NCBI GenBank assembly: GCA_951406725.2
Contig: OX597816.1
Location: 116,870,001-116,934,000, forward strand
DNA: 64,000 bases
Reading direction: 5' to 3'
Origin: Octopus vulgaris
Lineage: Eukaryota
Shown piece after piece: positions 57,302 to 64,000 of this stretch. Below the pieces are notes generated by a model. The model was not told the origin of the DNA. It was given only the letters and a program-made list of their open reading frames with translations, and did no database searches. Made by a program: the position numbers and the translations under genes. Within the stretch, counting starts at the first letter, position 1. Each line of letters begins with the position of its first letter.

Positions 57302-57506
57302 GATACATACATACATACATACATACATACATACATACATACATACATACATACATACATACATACGGAATGGTCGGACGGCCAATAATCACACGTATTA
57401 GTTGTTACTTTCAGTTATAGTTTTATTTTTAACTCATTTTCGTAGCACCTATGTGTGTGGTTACTTCATGTTATCTTTTAGAGTCCAGTCTCTTTTTTGT
57501 TCTATA

Positions 57507-58023
57507 TCTATATATATAAAACTGTAGTTGTGTGAGTGTCTGTCTCCTACGATTTAGATTCCTAACTCCTCCCACATTTTGCGGTGCAGTTTAACAAAAT
57601 TCGGGTATCTTATAGTCGTGATTAATATCGAGCCCGTCTGGCTATTAGCGCGCGTCTACGATGAGTCTACGATTTTTAAAATAATTTAACATCATTTTTT
57701 ATTCCATTTTAATGCATAATTTTTCGTGTGTCGATGGCGGCGGAGTTGGCGTCCACGCTCAAACACCTGCACCTGTGTTTGCTTCTCCCCCTTCTTCCCT
57801 CCCTCGTGAAGCTGTGGAGAAGGGAGTTTAAGGAAATCAACGTCGTAATGCGTTGTCAAGGAGACCAGCGTTCTTTTAGAACAACGACTTCATGGCTTGA
57901 AGACACCAAAACAGAAATGGCTAAGAAAGCCCGAATTGGCATCTATAAGGGAAGTAACTCTCTAAAAATGCTTATATAGTTATTTCCCTTACAAACCCGA
58001 GCAACGCCGGGCGATACTGCTAG
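57507..58023 (+). mobile_element. Non-autonomous Helitron
   Basis: A|TCTATATATATAAAACTG start, subterminal hairpin cccgagcaacgccggg, CTAG|T end. Confidence 0.85.
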
Positions 58024-59036
58024 TGTATTGATATAATTTTTTACTATATAGAGCAACCTTCATACACTTGTTCATTTGTAAACACTATTACAAACTCGAG
58101 ATTAGATATTAGATTGTCCGTCATTGCTATTATTTTATATACGCCTATTGTTGCATTTATTATGTCCACTATTATTAGTATGACCTTTCGTCCTGAAAAA
58201 TTTGTTTCTTGGTTTGTTTACACATTTTCTACAAAATTATTATATTTTTGTTCTCCCCTATCTTATCTTATTATTTTTAACTCTTGCATGATTTTAGATT
58301 CTTCCTTACCTACAAATCGACTTTTAAATCGTATAACATTTTTATCCCTAATTGTTTTACCGCGGGTTTATTTTCGGCCATAAATTGAAGACCATTTCCG
58401 CCTTCGATTTTTACTTTATCTTCTCTTGACATTGTTCTCTTTCTTTTTCTTTTTACATCTGTTTCTCTCTTATATCCCTAAGCTACCTTCTTTCTTACTA
58501 TTAGTTTCTTCCCTTCTGCCTTTCTTTTATCTATATCTATCTATATAAATATTGTTGTATTTCGGGACGGTCATTTTTATTTTTCCAAATAAATACACGC
58601 ACCATATATTTTTTCTTCGCCTGTTTATTACCGTTCTTATTTAATTATCTTAACTCATGTCCATTGCCCGAAAATCTTTCGTTACATATCTGTGACCTCT
58701 TCAGCGACACTTTTTGTTTTCGTGTGTGTTCTTACTCCACTTACTCCAACGTATCTGTATAAATTATTGAATAAAATCTGTTGGAACTCGAATATAACCT
58801 ACAACAAACTTCCGTATAACGATTTTCTGTTTTCTCTGAAACCGTTTCCAATTTTTTTTCCGTAAAGAAATTCTATGATTACCTTTCACTATAAACGTTC
58901 CTATTTTGACAAGATCGAGAGACCGAAACAAACTGTAGTTTTTAACAAAATAATACAATGAATAAATGTTAGTTCTCAGTGTTTTCATATTTAGCGAGCA
59001 CTTTTTATAGTAGCCACAATTGATTACGGTAGTACT

Positions 59037-59120
<84 letters not shown>

Positions 59121-59261
59121 TTATACACACATACACACAGTCAAGAATGACACGTCTTTTTTTGCCTGTCCTTCTAATTGTTGTTTCTCTTGTCCGCCTT
59201 TGTGTCGTCTATCTGTCCGAACGTTTTAATGCCCTCTGTTGCGTTTTTGTTCCATTTGTAA

Positions 59262-59590
59262 TTCCGCCGAGGTCGAATTTGCCTTTCATCCTTTCGAGGT
59301 CGATTAAATAAGTACCAGTTACGCACTGGGGTCGATATAATCGACTTAATCCGTTTGTCTGTCCTTGTTTGTCCCCTCTGTGTGTAGCCCCTTGTGGGCA
59401 GTAAAGAAATAAGTAAAGAAATAGGTATTTCGTCTGTCTTTACGTTCTGAGTTCAAATTCCGCCGAGGTCGACTTTGCCTTTCATCCTTTCGGGGTCGAT
59501 AAATTAATTACCAGTTGCGTCCTGGGCTCGATGTAATTGACTTGCCCCATCTCCTCAAAAATTCCGGGCCTTGTACCTAGAGTAGAAAAG
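59262..59590 (+). mobile_element. tRNA-SINE family B, 5'-truncated, two tandem core units
   Basis: ccgccgaggtcgactttgcctttcatcctttcggggtcgat occurs twice. Confidence 0.85.
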
Positions 59591-59607
59591 AATATATCTA
59601 CAATTGT

Positions 59608-59955
59608 GAAGGCGTGTAGCTTGGTGGTCAGGGTATTCGGCTGGTTAGGGTATTCAGTGGAGAGTTCAATTCCCGGCGACGCATTGTGTCCTTGAGCAAG
59701 AGACTTTGTTTCACGTTGCTCCTGTCCGCTCAGATGCCAAAAACGAGTAGTACCTGTATTTTAAAGGGCCAGCTTTGTCACATTCTGTGTGACGCTGAAC
59801 CTTCCTAAGAACATTCTATGTCATGCTGAACCTCCCTGAAGATACATGTGTCTGTGGAATGCTCAGCCACTTGCACGTTAATTTCAAGAGCAAGCTGTTC
59901 TGTTGATCAGATGAATTGGAACTCTTGTCGTCGTAAGCAATGGAGCGCCAGTTAT
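59608..59955 (+). mobile_element. tRNA-SINE family C
   Basis: tagcttggtgg A box, gagttcaattcc B box, tgtgtccttgagcaag core-type segment. Confidence 0.75.
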
Positions 59956-60382
59956 CTAGGATTGAATTATCCAGTATATTTCGCTATTTTTACGAGAGAA
60001 AGATATAATGTCAGGGAGTCATGGCTGCTATATTTTCGTTGGAATATGTATGTGCATGCGCATCTGTTGATGTATGTGTGTATACATATGTCTGCATGTG
60101 CATGCATATGCCTGTGTGTTTGTGGGGACGCGCGCGTGTGTGTGTGCACGTGTGCGCTTGCGTGTGTTGGCTTATGTGTAGCATGTTTACGTACCAGGGA
60201 ATTTTGACGAAATATTTCAATTCATTCAGATAAATAAATAGAATTTTTTTTTTACCAAAAATATTCTTTTGCAGCAAACCGATATTTGGTTATTTCGGTA
60301 AGAATGTAAACAACTCAGAGCTTGACTAGAAATCCACACTGAGAGGAGATTAAGTAAAAGGGAATATATATATATATATATA

Positions 60383-60550
60383 TATAGTTTTATATACACA
60401 TATATATATAGTCTTATATACACATATATATAGTCTTATATACACATATATATATAGCCTTATATACACATATATATATAGCCTTATATACACATATATA
60501 TATAGTCTTATATACACACATATATATAGTCTTATATACACATATATATA
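60383..60550. repeat. Approximately 24-26-bp minisatellite (tatagtcttatatacacatatata), about 7 copies
   Basis: Direct reading. Gives the [11 protein letters not shown]. Confidence 0.9.
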
Positions 60551-60557
60551 TATGTGT

Positions 60558-60605
<48 letters not shown>

Positions 60606-61254
60606 ATGTATGTATATATAATAGGGTGTAAAGTTGTGACCTTTAGAATGTTTTTGAAACTTTTGTAAAACCTAAAAGAAAATGGCTACCTTACCAGAAC
60701 TTTCAATAATGTCACCAATATAAAAATGAGATTTAAATTGAACTGAAGACTGTTAGGATCTATACTGTTCTTAGATTTTATTTTTTGTTTGTTTGTTTGT
60801 TTGTTTTTTGGCGGAGTATCGTGCATGTGTGTGTGTATGCATATTTGTATATACGGTTTCTAATCTCCCCTTTCCTTTTATTTTTTTTATATTTCCCACA
60901 TATATTAAATATAAATTTCATCCATAGACATGATTATAGTTATTAACTCTGATGGAGTAGACCTTATAATCAAAGACATTCCAGTGGCGACCATCCCGTC
61001 TCTGAAGGGGTAAAGTAGAATTACAATATCTAATTAATGTGCTCTTACCTTTTCTTTTAATATGATGGGCTGCGGTTTGAGGAAGATTTAGCAGCTACTT
61101 TTAGCAGATTTACTGGCCGCGTAAATACTTCCAAATGTGGTGTGATATGCATGCACAATGACATTTACGTATGTATGTGTATGTGTGTGTGTGAGTTTGT
61201 GTATACATGTATATATGTATATAACGTATATATATTTATACATATTCTTCTATT

Positions 61255-61401
61255 CTTTTATTCTTTTACTTGATTCAGTCATCTGACTGCGGCCATGCTG
61301 GAGCACCACCTTTAGTCGAACAAATCGACTTATTCTATCGGTATCTTTTGCCGAACCGCTAAGTTACGAGGACGTAAAAACACCAACGTCGGTTGTCAAG
61401 C

Positions 61402-61440
<39 letters not shown>

Positions 61441-61597
61441 CGATGGACTTCTTTTAGTTTCCGTCTACCAAATCTACTCACAAGGCTTTGGTCGGCCCGA
61501 AGCTATAGTAGAAGACACTTGCCCAAGGTGCCACGCAGTGGGACTGAACCCAGAACCATGTGGTTGGGAAGCAAGCTTCTTACTGCACAGCCACTCC
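61255..61597 (-). mobile_element. tRNA-SINE family A, full copy
   Basis: Head 61440-61597, tail 61255-61400. Another copy lies at 62100-62370. Confidence 0.85.
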
Positions 61598-61847
61598 GGT
61601 GCCTTTATGTATATAATACACAGAAAACGGAAGTAATGTACGCAGGCACAGGTGAACCACTCCAGGCACAGCTAGTACCCGACAATGGGAAGCAAACCTC
61701 CTTTCCCTCTAAGAAAGGGAGATTTTTTTTTTACCATCAAACTGATGAACTATTGTTCTTATCAGTAGTAGACGCAAAACCAATGGTATCTTTCTAACTG
61801 GTTATTGCCATAATCAAGTATAAACTAATCGACTACATAAAAGTAAA

Positions 61848-61897
<50 letters not shown>

Positions 61898-62165
61898 GGT
61901 GTAGTTGGAATTTACAAAAAAGCAAAAGACGAAGACGGGTGTGTAAACAACAAACAGGTGTATTAGTTTAACGCTCGGGAAGGTAAGAAAGTTTTTTATG
62001 TTTCGAGCCTACGCTCTTCAAAAGAAATGAACACGAGAAAATAAACAGAGAGGGAATAAAAAAAGCTTTAGTGGCTTATATTAATATATCTATATAATAA
62101 ACACACCAGCACCGATTGTCACGCGGTGGTGAGGGACAAACATAGACACAAAGACACACATATAA

Positions 62166-62209
<44 letters not shown>

Positions 62210-62454
62210 GAAAGGCTTCTTTCAGTTTCCGTCTACCAAATCTACTCACAAGGCTTTGATCGGCCCGAGGCTACAGTAGAAGACACTTGTCCAATGTGCC
62301 ACACAGTAGAACTAAACTCGGGAACCATGTGGTTGGGAAGGAAGCTTCTTACCACACAGCCACGCTTGTGCCTATTTATATACATACATAAATACATACG
62401 TACATAAAAAGGAGTTGCGCACATAAAAATTCAGTAACAAATAATGCTTTCAAC

Positions 62455-62999
62455 AATAGGCACAAGGCCCGCAATTTCAGGGGCATGGATAGTCGTTCAC
62501 ATCGACCGCAATGTTTCACTGGTACTTAATTTATCGACCTCGGAGAAATTTGAGCTCAGAACGTAGTGGCAGACGAAATACCTATTTCTTTACTACCCAC
62601 AAGGGGCTAGACACAGAGAGGACAAACAAGGACAGACAAACGATTAAGTCGATTATATCGACCCCAGTGCGTAACTGGTACTTATTTAATCGACCCCCGA
62701 AAGGATGAAAGGCAAAGTCGACCTCGGCGGAATTTGAACTCAGAACGTAGCGGCAGACGAAATACCAATTTCTTTATTACACACAAGGGGCTAAACACAG
62801 AGGGGACAAACAAGGACAGACACGGATTAAGTCGATTACATCGACCCCAGTGCGTAACTGGTACTTATTTAATCGACCCCGAAAGGATGAAAGGCAAAGT
62901 CGACCTCGGCGGAATTTGAACTCAGAACGTAGCACCAGACGAAATACCGCTGAGCATCTCGCCCGGCGTGCTAACCTTTTCTGCCAGCTTGCCACCTTA
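62455..62999 (-). mobile_element. tRNA-SINE family B, full copy with three tandem units of about 180 bp
   Basis: Head aaggtggcaagctggcagaa...gttagcacgccgggcg, with a repeated B-box plus gcctttcatcctttcggggtcgat unit. Confidence 0.88.
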
Positions 63000-63542
63000 A
63001 ATGCAATTATAAATAATAGTTCATAAGATATCAATCGCTGAGAGCGGGCAAGTTCCTTTTCTATTCGAGGCACAAGGCCCGAAATTTTGGGGGATTTACG
63101 CGTCTACCATGTTAAATAAGGGGACATGATGTATTAGATAACTCTGTCCTATAAACATCTAAAAGACAGGATGGTTACAATTTGCTTGATCAGGTTTAAC
63201 TTCGGGCTAAACTACAACAACAAAAACTAATGCCTACTTCCATTAACTTCATCGTACATAAGTATCTCTTTATCCTGTATTTGTCTTAAGATTTTTCCTT
63301 ATCATTTCCCTTTCTTTTATTCTTTATTTTACTTCTCCCGCCTTTTTTCTTTTCTCTCTTCGATTCTTTCCTACTTTATTTCTGCCTTTCTTTGTTTCTC
63401 TCTTTCTTTCTAATCTAAAATGTGCCTGGCCGAGCTAGAATAATATTCAAACAATGGGAGAAATGAATTCAATTAAAGAAAAGACAATAGCAAAATTTAT
63501 GAGTATTGTCCTCTACCCCAACACCGACAATGCAGGACTTAC

Positions 63543-63563
63543 CTGCAGAGAAATGCCCGCCAT
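63543..63563 (-). CDS. Candidate first coding exon segment of a host gene (MAGISLQ|intron)
   Basis: The minus strand reads gatATGGCGGGCATTTCTCTGCAG|GTAAGT: a perfect donor within a repeat-free island. Confidence 0.4.
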
Positions 63564-63888
63564 ATCTTTCCCCTCTTAATAACATACCAAAATCTTTTCA
63601 ATTATCGGTCAGGATTAACTCAGGCGGCATGCTCCTCCCGACAGTACGCGGTGTTCTTTCACATCAGCAATAATAATCATCACAGTAATTAGAATATATT
63701 GTGCTGTTTCAAATTTCGTTTAGTTAAGGTCGAACGACCATTGCTCACAGCTATGTTATATAATGGTTTGCATCAATATTCACTTATAAATGTGTGTCAG
63801 GGAGTGCAAAAGAGAGAGAGAGAGCGCGGTGAGTGTTTGTGTGAGCGTATAATAATCAAATATTTTTGATACTGGAATGCATACACAC

Positions 63889-63943
<55 letters not shown>

Positions 63944-64000
63944 CACACGCACATATACATATATATGTGTGTGTGTGTTTGTGTATACACACACACACAC

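Noticed and set aside
62455-62999. CRISPR-like repeat array
   Set aside because: The units are wholly repeated with no unique spacers and no cas genes. It is a eukaryotic SINE.

Overview
Repeat-saturated, AT-rich eukaryotic DNA, with no prokaryotic gene structure and no CRISPR. The SINE families and the very high (TA)n/(TACA)n/(GATA)n/(CA)n load suggest an octopus genome (inference). Almost all ORFs in the track are microsatellite artefacts. The real content is: (i) a near full-length but disabled CR1-clade LINE (about 33555-37680) whose ORF1 carries a Myb/SANT-like domain plus a CCCH finger; (ii) fossils of RTE, R4/Dong, Tx1/L1, Penelope-like (GIY-YIG), mariner, Tigger and Helitron elements; (iii) several tRNA-SINE families, one sharing a covarying 3' hairpin with the LINE; (iv) about 20 minimal hammerhead-ribozyme (HHR) motifs, often in inverted-repeat modules inserted in microsatellites, including a tRNA-headed SINE that carries a hammerhead and one motif with an apparently non-canonical strand order; (v) one candidate first coding exon of a minus-strand host gene near the right end. 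All folds and family assignments were read by eye; none was computed or searched.
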